Assembly: GCA_000753575.1 (NCBI GenBank) | Contig: JRFF01000026.1 | Location: forward strand, 64,238 to 128,237 | DNA from: Candidatus Izimoplasma sp. HR2 | Lineage (GTDB): Bacteria; Bacillota_I; Bacilli_A; Izemoplasmatales; Izemoplasmataceae | Direction of reading: 5' to 3' | DNA: 64,000 bases | Shown: one piece after another, positions 10,528 through 21,735 of the stretch | Numbering within the stretch: the first letter of the stretch is position 1 | Layout: every line of letters starts with the position of its first letter | Made by a program: the position numbers and the translations under genes | The notes under the pieces: model-generated | Told to the model about the DNA's origin: nothing | Database searches by the model: none | What the model saw: the letters and a program-made list of their open reading frames with translations, nothing else

Positions 10528-10965
10528 ATGAATAATGTAAATATTAAAGATTTAATATATGTAGTATTAATTGGATTAGTTGTTTCAACTATTACAGGTA
10601 TCGCAGTAGGTACTGTGGATTATCTGTTATATAACTCAATTGGAATAACAATGAAGATATTTTATTTTATTGGAACATATTTTATAGCTAGTTATATTAG
10701 AAGACAATATGTTGAAAGTACTAAGTTATATCAAATTGTTGCGGTTATTGTAACGTTACACGGGTATTTCTTTAGTATAGTTGTATTCCTAGTATTTATT
10801 AATGGATTAGATACGTTTGAATATTTATTTAAAGCTATTTATTCGATTGAATATATGGTTGATTATTTCAATCCAATTAATTTAATTGAAAATGGATTTG
10901 GAGCATTTATAGAGTATTTATTTGTATTTATATTTGGGTATATAGCTTATAGTAAAACAAAATAA
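10528..10965 (+). CDS. Small integral membrane protein, function unknown
   Basis: Four hydrophobic segments. ATG follows GAGGTG. Confidence 0.5.
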   Translation: MNNVNIKDLIYVVLIGLVVSTITGIAVGTVDYLLYNSIGITMKIFYFIGTYFIASYIRRQYVESTKLYQIVAVIVTLHGYFFSIVVFLVFINGLDTFEYLFKAIYSIEYMVDYFNPINLIENGFGAFIEYLFVFIFGYIAYSKTK

Positions 10966-11071
10966 TTGAAAGTGTTTTCATTTCGATGAAATTAATTGTA
11001 AAACAAAACTAATTATCTTATAATATCATTGTAAGATAAATTAGATTTTATTATAAAAGGAGATGTTATAA

Positions 11072-12367
<1,296 letters not shown>

Positions 12368-12377
12368 GTTTAACTAA

Positions 12378-12405
12378 AGGACTAATAAATTAGTCCTTTT
12401 TTTTA
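12378..12405 (+). terminator. Intrinsic terminator after eno
   Basis: AGGACTA/TAGTCCT hairpin followed by T8. Confidence 0.75.
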
Positions 12406-12515
12406 TTGTTTTCTTGAATAAAAAATGTTATTACTATAAATTTTATGGTATTATATTAGTAAATTAAAATAGATTATATTTATAGAAAAAATACAGTTAA
12501 TAAGGGGTTTTTATT

Positions 12516-13664
12516 ATGGATGTACAAATATTTAATGCTTTTTATGTTAATATGTATTCTGCTTTACTCTTGGGAGTGTTATTGATAATCTTATATATCA
12601 AAAGAGATATATATGATTTTTCAGGAAGAGTTTTTAAGTACATGATAATTCTAAATATTATATTATTAGTATTTGAAGCTTTTGCACTAATTGTCGAAGG
12701 AGTAGATGATAGTTTTGTGAGATTAATTAATTATATTCTTAATTTTACTGTGTTCTTACTAACACCTCTGATTGGATTTTTATGGGCTATCTATTTAGAT
12801 AATAAAATATTTGAAACTAGAGGTAGAACAAAACAATATATTGCTTATATTTTCCCATTTGGAGTTGGAGTTATATTATCGATTCTTAACTTATTTTTCC
12901 CTGTGTTATTTAGTATAAGTGCTGCTAATGTATATAGTAGAGAACCGATGATTATGGTAAACTTTTTTACATTATTTATGTTGTTGATGTATGTAGCATA
13001 TTTGGCTTTAGCCAATAGAAAAATGGTAGATAGTAAAATATTTAGAGGAGTAGTATTATTTTTATTCTTCCCAGCTATGGGTGGGATACTTCAAATGATG
13101 TTTTATGGTATATCTACAATATTTTCAATGTTTGCTTTAGCGATATTTTCAACATATATTGCTTTAGAAACTATTGGTACTTCTAGAGATAACTTAACAG
13201 GACTATTTACACGTACAAAAGCTAGTGAGTATATGAATGAGTTAATTCATAAACGTAGTGTTTTTGGTGTAATAATGATTGATCTTGATGACTTCAAACA
13301 ATTAAATGATACACTTGGGCATAATGAGGGTGATAAACTTTTAAAAGTATTTGGTGAAGTACTAATGAGAGTATTCCACAAAGATGCGATTGTATCTAGA
13401 TTTGGTGGAGATGAATTTATAATTGTTAGAAATAATTTTGACTCAGATGATTTAGATTTTTATAAAAGAAGTATCTATCGTGAATTTAGAAATAAAGCTA
13501 CTTCAAATGTATTTTCCGAAGATTTTAAATTTAGTATCGGTTGTAGTGTTTATTCTGAAGGTTGTTTAAAATCAGGGGAAGAATTAGTTGTTGAAGCTGA
13601 TAATAGTATGTATATAAATAAAGCTGAAAACAAGAACTTTAAACGTAGAAAAACTGATAATTAA
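12516..13664 (+). CDS. Membrane-anchored diguanylate cyclase (multi-TM N-terminus + GGDEF)
   Basis: About 6 TM helices followed by RFGGDEF and NEGD motifs. Confidence 0.85.
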   Translation: MDVQIFNAFYVNMYSALLLGVLLIILYIKRDIYDFSGRVFKYMIILNIILLVFEAFALIVEGVDDSFVRLINYILNFTVFLLTPLIGFLWAIYLDNKIFETRGRTKQYIAYIFPFGVGVILSILNLFFPVLFSISAANVYSREPMIMVNFFTLFMLLMYVAYLALANRKMVDSKIFRGVVLFLFFPAMGGILQMMFYGISTIFSMFALAIFSTYIALETIGTSRDNLTGLFTRTKASEYMNELIHKRSVFGVIMIDLDDFKQLNDTLGHNEGDKLLKVFGEVLMRVFHKDAIVSRFGGDEFIIVRNNFDSDDLDFYKRSIYREFRNKATSNVFSEDFKFSIGCSVYSEGCLKSGEELVVEADNSMYINKAENKNFKRRKTDN

Positions 13665-13688
13665 GAACAATAGTAAGGTGGTGAGTTT

Positions 13689-14270
13689 ATGACATATGAT
13701 AAAATGATTCATGTTAGAAATACTGTAATGTCAATTTTTACAATATATTTATTATTGTTGATAATGGATAAGTTTATTTATTCTACATTTTATTTGTCAT
13801 TATTCATTAACTTTTCTAATAGATATTTACTATTTGCGCTTGCTTATTTTCTAATATGTAGAAATCTATATAAACATAAGAAAGAAAAAAGAGTATTTCT
13901 ATATTTGTTTATAACTATTCTGATTCTTACTTTAGCACCAATTTATTTTTACGTATTTGATGTAAAGGAATTTGATTTGAATGATCCATTAAGTAGTCTA
14001 ACTTATATTAATATATCACTTCATATGATAAGTATATATACAATACTATTTTCTGCGAAGATTATTAAAACATTAAACTCAACTAGAATGAAAAAGAAAA
14101 AATTCTTTTATCTTCCACATATAATTTATATGACTTTAATTGTTTTATATGTGGCTGTAGATTTTGAAGTACTAGCGATTAATCCTTATTATTTAGACGG
14201 AATTGGATTAATCGGAGCAATAGTGTTAATGAGGAGTATTACAAGATTTCAGTATGTTATTACAGAGTAA
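13689..14270 (+). CDS. Integral membrane protein, function unknown
   Basis: GGTGGTG RBS. Multiple hydrophobic helices. No recognisable motif. Confidence 0.45.
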   Translation: MTYDKMIHVRNTVMSIFTIYLLLLIMDKFIYSTFYLSLFINFSNRYLLFALAYFLICRNLYKHKKEKRVFLYLFITILILTLAPIYFYVFDVKEFDLNDPLSSLTYINISLHMISIYTILFSAKIIKTLNSTRMKKKKFFYLPHIIYMTLIVLYVAVDFEVLAINPYYLDGIGLIGAIVLMRSITRFQYVITE

Positions 14271-14371
14271 AAAAGAGTTCTAAAAAGAATTCTTTTTTTG
14301 TTTGACATACCAATATTTGTATAATACAATATACCTTGTAATACAAAGTATAAAATACTGGAGGAATATTT

Positions 14372-15691
14372 ATGAAAGAATTATTTAAGAATAATAATTT
14401 TAATTTATTATTTGCAGGAAACTTAGTATCAGAAATAGGAAATAGTTTATTTAATGTTGCAATGTCATTTTACATATTAGAGTTAACAGAATCGACTGTA
14501 TCAATGGGATTATTCTTATTTGTTGTTACCTTTGCAAGAATAGTCGCTAGTCCACTTGCTGGTGTACTAGTTGATAGATGGAATAGAGTTAGAGTTATTT
14601 ATATGACGGATTATGTGAGAGCTATTTTATTTGTTCTTCTAGGGTTATACATTATTGGTAGTCCTAGTGACAACAATATTATTCTCGCTTTATATATAAG
14701 TGGTATTTTATCAAGTTTATCAGCTGCATTATTTGGACCCGCAATGTCGAGGGCTTTACCTGAAATAGTTGGAGAAGATATGTTGCAGGCAGCTAACGGA
14801 GCACAAAGTATAGTTGCTAGTATTCAAAGTATTATTGGTGTTTTAGCAGGAGCTGCAATATATTATTTTGTTGGTATTGAGTGGATCATTGCATTAAATG
14901 CAATATCATTTGGGGTATCAGGATTTAGTGAAATGTTTATAAAAGCAAAATTTGTTAAAGAGATGACTTTTGAGGAATTAGAAGAACAAAAGCTTAAAAC
15001 ACATTTAGAAGATTTTGTAGATTCAATTGGATATATAAAAAGAAAAACAGGGTTATTTAATTTAGTTGGATTTAGTTTATTATTAAACTTTGCATTCACT
15101 CCTTTATTTGCTATTGGAATTCCTTATTTATTTAGAATAGATTTAGCAAGAGTAAATTATGCAATGGAATATGCATATACTAATGTTGCATTTAGTATTG
15201 CGATGTTAGTTGCTGGAATTTCAGTTGGTAGTATGGTTATAAAAAGTATTAATAAGATTATTAAGATAGGATTAATATTACTTTCAAGTTCATTTGCCTT
15301 TTTAGCATTTACTATGTTTTTAGCATCTAATAGATATATTGAGTTTACTTCTTTCTATATTATGTTTACATTCGGAATGGTAATGATTGCAACATTCATG
15401 ATGCTTACAAATATTCCACTTAATACAGGAATGGTAAAAATAGTAGACCCAGCTTATAGAGGAAGAGTGTTCTCTACAATTGGTGCAATATCAGCAGGAG
15501 CTATTCCATTTTCATTCTTAGTTGGTGGATTTATTGTTGAGTATTATAGTATTTCAGCTTTAGGATTGTTTTGTGTATTAGTAATGATGGTTCCTACATT
15601 TGGGTTCCTTACAGATAAGAAAGTTAAAGTGCTTATAGACACTATTGATAAGCATAATGAGGAAAATGCAAGACTTCAAGAAGCAGTTTAA
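14372..15691 (+). CDS. MFS transporter
   Basis: About 12 TM segments with a DRWNR-type loop motif after TM2. GGAGG RBS. Confidence 0.8.
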   Translation: MKELFKNNNFNLLFAGNLVSEIGNSLFNVAMSFYILELTESTVSMGLFLFVVTFARIVASPLAGVLVDRWNRVRVIYMTDYVRAILFVLLGLYIIGSPSDNNIILALYISGILSSLSAALFGPAMSRALPEIVGEDMLQAANGAQSIVASIQSIIGVLAGAAIYYFVGIEWIIALNAISFGVSGFSEMFIKAKFVKEMTFEELEEQKLKTHLEDFVDSIGYIKRKTGLFNLVGFSLLLNFAFTPLFAIGIPYLFRIDLARVNYAMEYAYTNVAFSIAMLVAGISVGSMVIKSINKIIKIGLILLSSSFAFLAFTMFLASNRYIEFTSFYIMFTFGMVMIATFMMLTNIPLNTGMVKIVDPAYRGRVFSTIGAISAGAIPFSFLVGGFIVEYYSISALGLFCVLVMMVPTFGFLTDKKVKVLIDTIDKHNEENARLQEAV

Positions 15692-16001
15692 AAAAGGCGT
15701 TATAGAACTAACAATCCTAAGATTATTATATGAACAAGACCAATATGGGTATTCAATAATCCAACAAATATCAAAAAGAAGTGATAATTATATTGAGATT
15801 AAAGATGGTACTTTATACCCTATCCTTTATCGATTAGAAGACAATAAGTTTATTGAAAATTATTGGAAGACTGATATAGGAAGTAGAAGTAAACCTAGAA
15901 AATATTATAAAATCACAATTGCTGGAAGATTACGTTATGAAGAAATGCTTAAAGATTATTTAGAAATTAATGAAGGAATTAAAAAAATATTAAAATCATA
16001 A
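15666..16001 (+). CDS. PadR-family transcriptional regulator
   Basis: ILRLL...YGY...GTLYPILYRLE winged-helix signature. GAGG lies 4 nt upstream of the ATG at 15666. It overlaps the end of the MFS gene. Confidence 0.8.
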   Translation: MQDFKKQFKKGVIELTILRLLYEQDQYGYSIIQQISKRSDNYIEIKDGTLYPILYRLEDNKFIENYWKTDIGSRSKPRKYYKITIAGRLRYEEMLKDYLEINEGIKKILKS

Positions 16002-16087
16002 AAAAGTGCTTATGCACTTTTTTTAATAAATACTATCATTTTTATATCAATTAAGCTATAATATATAGAGCTTGAAGGAGTGGTTAT

Positions 16088-17092
16088 ATGTTAGTTATTT
16101 TTGCACAGTATTTCTTACTTGCGTTCATTGTAATATATGCTACTAGTAAAGCTAGTTACTATATAGATGAACTAGATAAAAAATCGAATATTAGTGGAGC
16201 TTTAATAGGTGGATTATTACTAGCTACTATTACTTCTATGCCAGAGTTTATTACAAGTATTACATCAACTGTAATTCTAAATAAACCAGGACTCGCATTT
16301 GGTAATGTATTTGGTAGTAATATTTTTAATATTGTTATTTTAGCTGTTGCTGACTTAATTTTCATTAAACACTTATTCTTTAATCAAAATAAATCAGGAA
16401 TTAAAACTAACGGATTAGTTATTATAATGTATATGGTATTTATCCTACCATTATTATTAAATAGTCTAGGTTGGCTTGATTATGATACATTAGGAATAAG
16501 TATTGGTGTTACTTTTAATATTATATCTTTAATAATAATCGTAATTTACTTCTTTAGCATAAAGAGTATGAATGAAGAAGAAAGTACGACTGATGGACAG
16601 ACTAGTAAATTATCTTATAAGAAGATTGGTATTATGTTTGCCTTGTGGAGTACTGTAATAATATCTTCAAGTTATTTTGTGACAATAGTTACTGACAATA
16701 TTGCAATGGAATTAAACTTAAGTACAAGTTTTGCAGGTGCAATATTCTTAGGTGTAGCAACAAGTCTACCTGAATTAACAGCAGTTATAACTTTAATGAA
16801 ACTTAAAAATTATGATGCAGCTTTAGGTAATATTATTGGATCTAACATCTTTAACATGACTATTATTAGTGTTGTAGATATAATCAATTATAAAGAAAAT
16901 ATTTTTAATATTTTAGTAACAGATTTGGCGTTAAGAGAAAATATTTCTTTCCTCTTGATTTTAGGACTGTTTAACTCTATAATATTAATGATAGCTTTAG
17001 TAAGAAAGAAATCTATAAATATAATTACATACATTATTCCAAGTGTTCTGATACTGGTTGCATACCTTGTCTACATTGGATTAAGTATATAG
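16088..17092 (+). CDS. CaCA-family cation/Ca2+ exchanger (YrbG-like)
   Basis: Duplicated alpha-repeats GNVFGSNIFNI / GNIIGSNIFNM, plus TSMPEF / TSLPEL. Confidence 0.8.
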   Translation: MLVIFAQYFLLAFIVIYATSKASYYIDELDKKSNISGALIGGLLLATITSMPEFITSITSTVILNKPGLAFGNVFGSNIFNIVILAVADLIFIKHLFFNQNKSGIKTNGLVIIMYMVFILPLLLNSLGWLDYDTLGISIGVTFNIISLIIIVIYFFSIKSMNEEESTTDGQTSKLSYKKIGIMFALWSTVIISSSYFVTIVTDNIAMELNLSTSFAGAIFLGVATSLPELTAVITLMKLKNYDAALGNIIGSNIFNMTIISVVDIINYKENIFNILVTDLALRENISFLLILGLFNSIILMIALVRKKSINIITYIIPSVLILVAYLVYIGLSI

Positions 17093-17104
17093 GAGGACTA
17101 AATT

Positions 17105-17326
17105 ATGAGACCAATCGATATCGTTTTATTAGTAGTATCATTATTTCTAATCACATTAGTGATATTACAAAGTTCAAAAGATGATGGTGCCAATGCATTT
17201 AGTGGTGAAAAAAGTGAACTATTCAACAATCAAAAGCAAAGAGGATTTGAATTATTGTTGAGTCGTGTTACTATGGGGACTAGCGCCTTGTTCATCGCCA
17301 TTTCAATTTGGGCAATAATATCTTAA
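17105..17326 (+). CDS. secG: Preprotein translocase subunit SecG
   Basis: 73 aa, two TM segments, LQSSK..G motif, conserved position before rnr-smpB. Confidence 0.8.
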   Translation: MRPIDIVLLVVSLFLITLVILQSSKDDGANAFSGEKSELFNNQKQRGFELLLSRVTMGTSALFIAISIWAIIS

Positions 17327-17382
17327 GAACACAATATGTGTTCTTTTTTTTCCAAAAAAATTAAACAAAGGAGGTTATAATT

Positions 17383-19482
17383 ATGAGAGAGAAAATTATA
17401 GAAATACTTGATAAGGATGCAACAATTAAATCTAGTATTGAAACATTGAAAACACTACTTGGTATTGAAAGTAGTGAGGATTTTAAATTATTATTTAAAA
17501 CATTAAACGAACTAGTTGATCAGGCATTTATTATTGAGAGTAAATCTCACGAATATAGCCTTATTAAGAATACCAATTTTATAGTTGGTCAACTAGATTT
17601 AAAAGAAAGAGGATTTGGGTTTGTTATCGACAGAGATAAAAACATAGATGATGTTTTTATTAGACGTGATGATATAAACGGTGCAATGAATCTTGACCTT
17701 GTACTTGTGTATATTTCTAAGTATAGAAGAGGCGCAAGAGCTGAGGGTGAAATTAGAAAAGTAATTGAGAGAAGATATTCACATATAATAGGTACACTAG
17801 GTTATAGAAATGGCATGGGTATTTTATTTAGTGATGATAAAACAATTAAACAAGAGATTATTATTAAGAAAGGTAACTATAATGGTGCCTATAAAAATGA
17901 TAAAGTAAAAGCAAAGATTATTAACTATAACTTTAAAGGTAAAATTGAATGTGAAGTTTCAGAAGTTATTGGTAATATGAATGATGCTGGAGTAGATATT
18001 TTAAGTAAAATACTTAAATATAATATTGACCCAATATTTAGTGATATTGTATTAGAAGAAGCAAATAAATATCAATCAGTCAGTAAAGCTGATTTAGAAG
18101 GTAGAACTGATTTAAGAGATGAAATGATTATCACAATTGATGGTGATGATTCTAAAGATTTTGATGACGCAGTTATTGTTAAACAATTAGAAAATGGTAA
18201 TTATAAATTAGGAGTTTCTATCGCAGATGTTAGTCATTATGTTACTAAGGATTCTATTCTTGATGATGAAGCATATAGAAGAGGAACTAGTATTTATTTA
18301 CCAGGTAGAGTTATACCGATGTTACCTGTTAACTTAAGTAATAATATATGTTCACTAGTACCTGGTGAAGATAGACTTACAATTACTTGTGATATGGAAA
18401 TTGATAAATCTGGTAAAGTAGTTAATTACGAAATATATCCTAGTGTTATAAATTCTTTTAGAAGAATGACTTATTCAAAGATAAATAAGATCTTTGATGG
18501 TGATGTTGATCTCGCAGAAGAATATGTTGAATTAGTTGGTATGTTTTATGATATGAGAAATCTAGCTAAAGTATTAAGAAAGAAAAGACAAACTTACGGT
18601 AGTATAAACTTTGAAACAGATGAAGCTTATATTACGTTAGATGAAAATGGACGCGCAGTAGATATTAAATTAAGAGACAGAGGAATCAGTGAGAAACTAA
18701 TTGAAGAGTTTATGTTAAAAGCTAATCAAGTAGTTGCTGAACATGTTTTCTGGCTTAATCTACCGTTTATATATCGAGTTCATGATAAACCTAAAGAAGA
18801 GAAAATAGAACGTTTGCTTAGAATGAGCGCAGCTCTTGGGTTTAAAGTAAAAGGTAAGAAGGAAATTACTAATTTAGAACTTCAAAAGTTACTTGATAAT
18901 GTTAAAGGTAGTCCTGCAGAAAAAGGTATTAATTTACTAATGCTTAGAAGTATGCAAAAAGCGATATATAGTGAAAATAATATTGGACATTATGGGCTAG
19001 CATTTACTCATTATACTCATTTTACTAGTCCTATTAGAAGATATCCTGATTTAATAGTTCATAGATTACTAAGAGAGTATTTATTTATGGATAATCAATC
19101 ACTTGATGTGATTAATTACTACACAGATGAAATGCCTGATATTGCTACATCAACTTCAAAGAGTGAAAGACAAGCTGTTTTACTTGAAAGAGAAGTTGTA
19201 GATATGAAGAAAGCTGAGTATATCTCTAAGTATATTAATAAAGAGTTTGATGGTATAATAAGCAGTGTTACTGGGTTTGGGATATATGTTACTCTTCCTA
19301 ATACAGTTGAAGGCTTAGTACATATAACAGAGTTAGATGATGATTATTATGTATATGATGAAAATCTAATGATGTTAATTGGAGAAAGAAAAAAGAAAAT
19401 GTATAGAATTGGAGACAAAGTAACTGTAAGAGTTATGAAAGCACATATCTCTGAAGGTGACGTTGACTTTAAAATAGTTTAA
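17383..19482 (+). CDS. rnr: Ribonuclease R
   Basis: RNB-domain motifs (DGDDSKDFDDA, HYGLA..YTHFTSPIRRYPD) and a C-terminal S1 domain. Confidence 0.95.
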   Translation: MREKIIEILDKDATIKSSIETLKTLLGIESSEDFKLLFKTLNELVDQAFIIESKSHEYSLIKNTNFIVGQLDLKERGFGFVIDRDKNIDDVFIRRDDINGAMNLDLVLVYISKYRRGARAEGEIRKVIERRYSHIIGTLGYRNGMGILFSDDKTIKQEIIIKKGNYNGAYKNDKVKAKIINYNFKGKIECEVSEVIGNMNDAGVDILSKILKYNIDPIFSDIVLEEANKYQSVSKADLEGRTDLRDEMIITIDGDDSKDFDDAVIVKQLENGNYKLGVSIADVSHYVTKDSILDDEAYRRGTSIYLPGRVIPMLPVNLSNNICSLVPGEDRLTITCDMEIDKSGKVVNYEIYPSVINSFRRMTYSKINKIFDGDVDLAEEYVELVGMFYDMRNLAKVLRKKRQTYGSINFETDEAYITLDENGRAVDIKLRDRGISEKLIEEFMLKANQVVAEHVFWLNLPFIYRVHDKPKEEKIERLLRMSAALGFKVKGKKEITNLELQKLLDNVKGSPAEKGINLLMLRSMQKAIYSENNIGHYGLAFTHYTHFTSPIRRYPDLIVHRLLREYLFMDNQSLDVINYYTDEMPDIATSTSKSERQAVLLEREVVDMKKAEYISKYINKEFDGIISSVTGFGIYVTLPNTVEGLVHITELDDDYYVYDENLMMLIGERKKKMYRIGDKVTVRVMKAHISEGDVDFKIV

Positions 19483-19498
19483 AGATGGAGGTGATTAT

Positions 19499-19945
19499 AT
19501 GAAGATAATTTCAAAAAATAAAAAAGCAGCTCATGATTATTATTTAACTGATAAATATGAATGTGGGATTGTTTTAAAAGGAACTGAAATTAAAAGTGTA
19601 AGAGCTGGTAAAGTGTCAATTAAAGATTCATACGCTAGAATTAAAGGAACAGAAATATTTATTGTGAATATGCATATATCTAAATATAATCACGGAAATA
19701 GATTTAATCATGAAGAAACAAGAAGTAGAAAATTGTTATTACATAAAAAAGAAATTATTAAGATTAGTAATAAAGTGAATCAAGATTCACTTACTTTAGT
19801 ACCGACTCTAGTATATTTAGATCATGGATTATGTAAAGTTGAAATTGCTTTAGGAAAAGGTAAAAAGAATTACGATAAGAGACATGTATTAAAAGAAAAA
19901 GATGCGAACAGAAGAATGGAAAAAGCGCTTAAGGAGAACTACTAA
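19499..19945 (+). CDS. smpB: SsrA-binding protein SmpB
   Basis: KNKKA.HDY...GTEIKS...RKLLLHK signature. Confidence 0.95.
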   Translation: MKIISKNKKAAHDYYLTDKYECGIVLKGTEIKSVRAGKVSIKDSYARIKGTEIFIVNMHISKYNHGNRFNHEETRSRKLLLHKKEIIKISNKVNQDSLTLVPTLVYLDHGLCKVEIALGKGKKNYDKRHVLKEKDANRRMEKALKENY

Positions 19946-20799
19946 TGACACTTACTATCGGAATAATCGTTGTTTTAGTTGTAATATTTTCTGCATTTTT
20001 AAAAGGATGGAGTGGGTTTGGAACAAACCTCATATCTATTCCTATTTTAGTACTACTTAACTATGAGTTTAAGGAAGCAGTAATTATTGTTATTACTTTG
20101 AATTTATTCTTAAATACTGCGATATTAATTGAAAATAAGAAATTCAATTTAAGAAGTTTAGAACATATTAAAGTACTTGTTATTTTTGGAGTTATCTTTA
20201 ATTTTGTAGGGATTTATTTCTTGAAGAATTTTGATCCTAATATTTTAAAAATTATTACTGGTAGTTTGATATTACTTACTGCGATTAATAAAGCTATAAG
20301 TCTTAAATTCAAAGTAGTTAATAAAGAGAAGTACTATATTCCTGTTGGAATATTATCAGGTATATTTAATGGTATAGCTGGTCTTGGTGGATTACCTGTA
20401 TTACTATTGTTAAGTAATTCAGATATGAAAAAAGATGAGTTTAGAACGACACTTGTATCATATTTCTTAGTTATGAATGTTATGGCTATTATTGGATATG
20501 TAACTCATAATCTTTACACAGAAGTTATCTTAATTAATATTGGTGTAATATTGTTATTTGGACTTGGAGCTGCGATGTATGGTGTATATATGAGTAGAAG
20601 AGTAAGTGACAGTGTATTCCAAAGATGGTTCGTATTTGTAATGATGTTTATGGGTGCTGGATTAACATTTAATGGATTATATGAAAAAACAGGTACTTAT
20701 ATTGATATGGTATTATATATTGTTGTTTCTTTAAGTGTTACATTAGTGATTGAAGGAACGTTATTACTAAGAACAAAATTGATTAAAAGTAGTATATAA
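19945..20799 (+). CDS. TSUP (TauE/SafE) family anion exporter
   Basis: 284-aa multi-TM protein with the G.GG.L..P repeat pattern. Its ATG overlaps the smpB stop. Confidence 0.6.
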   Translation: MTLTIGIIVVLVVIFSAFLKGWSGFGTNLISIPILVLLNYEFKEAVIIVITLNLFLNTAILIENKKFNLRSLEHIKVLVIFGVIFNFVGIYFLKNFDPNILKIITGSLILLTAINKAISLKFKVVNKEKYYIPVGILSGIFNGIAGLGGLPVLLLLSNSDMKKDEFRTTLVSYFLVMNVMAIIGYVTHNLYTEVILINIGVILLFGLGAAMYGVYMSRRVSDSVFQRWFVFVMMFMGAGLTFNGLYEKTGTYIDMVLYIVVSLSVTLVIEGTLLLRTKLIKSSI

Positions 20800-20830
20800 G
20801 ATATAATAAAGATGTATCTGAGGTGATTTT

Positions 20831-21013
20831 ATGAATGTATCTGGTATTATATTTATTGTACTGGGATTAATATCTATAAGTTTAGGTATCACAGGTCTTT
20901 CTAATAAGTCCAGAAAAGGACAAAGAATGGTTAGACTTTTAGGAGAAACTGGAACTAGAATGTTTTATATTATAATTGGTATAGGATTAATAGTTGGAGC
21001 ATTCTTCATATAA
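20831..21013 (+). CDS. Small two-TM membrane protein
   Basis: GAGGTG RBS, two hydrophobic helices, 60 aa. Confidence 0.4.
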   Translation: MNVSGIIFIVLGLISISLGITGLSNKSRKGQRMVRLLGETGTRMFYIIIGIGLIVGAFFI

Positions 21014-21021
21014 AACAACGT

Positions 21022-21367
21022 GGGGTTGTTTATGGATTCGACAGGGTAGTTAGAGCTTGATAAGCATGTCAGGGTGGTGCCTGTAATACACTAGGTTAAA
21101 TATAACCGGAAACCAAAATTACGCTTACGCTGCTTAATATATAAGCGCGATCTCCCCTTCTGTAGTCTAGGACAGGAGACAGGAGAACAGTAACTAGAAT
21201 ATATTTAGAATGTGCCGTCTTAACAAACTAAATGAACTTAATAAGACTCGTCAGTATCTTGGCCGTGTATCACTTGGGTGCTGATTAAAACAATTGATAT
21301 ACTAAGCATGTAGAAAATTAAGTTTCGTCTATTTTGGACAGGGGTTCAAATCCCCTCAACTCCACCA
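21022..21367 (+). ncRNA. ssrA: tmRNA (transfer-messenger RNA)
   Basis: 5' GGGGTTGTTTATGGATTCGACAGGG. 3' GGACAGGGGTTCAAATCCCCTCAACTCCACCA. Internal tag frame GGA AAC CAA AAT TAC GCT TAC GCT GCT TAA. Sits directly after smpB. Confidence 0.93.
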
Positions 21368-21369
21368 AT

Positions 21370-21382
21370 GGTACCCGCGTCC
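21370..21382 (+). repeat. GGTACCCGCGTCC 13-mer immediately 3' of the tmRNA CCA (inverted copy of the GGACGCGGGTACC motif in downstream remnants)
   Basis: Direct reading. Its reverse complement matches 40361-40373 (12/13) and 25950-25962 (11/13). Confidence 0.6.
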
Positions 21383-21432
21383 GAGAATTTCAGATGGCTT
21401 TAATTAGCCGTTAATGGAATCCTCGGTTTTTA
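21381..21432 (+). terminator. Intrinsic terminator of ssrA
   Basis: Long hairpin CCGAGAATTTC...GGAATCCTCGG with an inner GGCT/AGCC stem, followed by T5. Confidence 0.7.
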
Positions 21433-21540
21433 TTTACCCAAATTTGAATGAAAATTTGATGAAAATTTGATGAAAAAAATCGGTATTTTTTCGTTCCAGC
21501 CCTGTTGCAATAGGGAAAATGAGAATTTTAGCGAGTCGAA

Positions 21541-21562
21541 CCCGCGTCCAGAAACATTCTAA
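21541..21562 (+). repeat. Second ACCCGCGTCC copy embedded in a T-loop-like fragment (GCGAGTCGAACCCGCGTCCAGA)
   Basis: The 10-mer ACCCGCGTCC is identical to 21373-21382. GTCGAACC is the reverse of a tRNA T-loop. Confidence 0.5.
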
Positions 21563-21735
21563 TAAATTGATGACAACGGCTTTAACTTTACATAGATAAA
21601 GCTATAGGTTTATATTCAAAAACTCATTAGATTTTAGGTGCTTCTATTAATGATATTGATATGCTATAATTAAATTAGAATAAAACTGCAAATAGGACAT
21701 CTATGTCCTATTTTTGCTTTTTGGGGGAGAAAGTT

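Noticed and set aside
21448-21480. Tandem ATGAAAATTTG repeats (about 3 units) downstream of the ssrA terminator
   Set aside because: It is a very short AT-rich microsatellite-like repeat with no spacers or coding potential. It is not a CRISPR array or iteron set I can support.
21541-21600. Possible tRNA gene suggested by GTCGAACC / GGTTCGAC T-loop-like sequence
   Set aside because: Neither strand yields a cloverleaf. There is no acceptor stem, D-arm or anticodon arm, and the T-stem pairs only 3 bp. It is treated as a fragment or att remnant.
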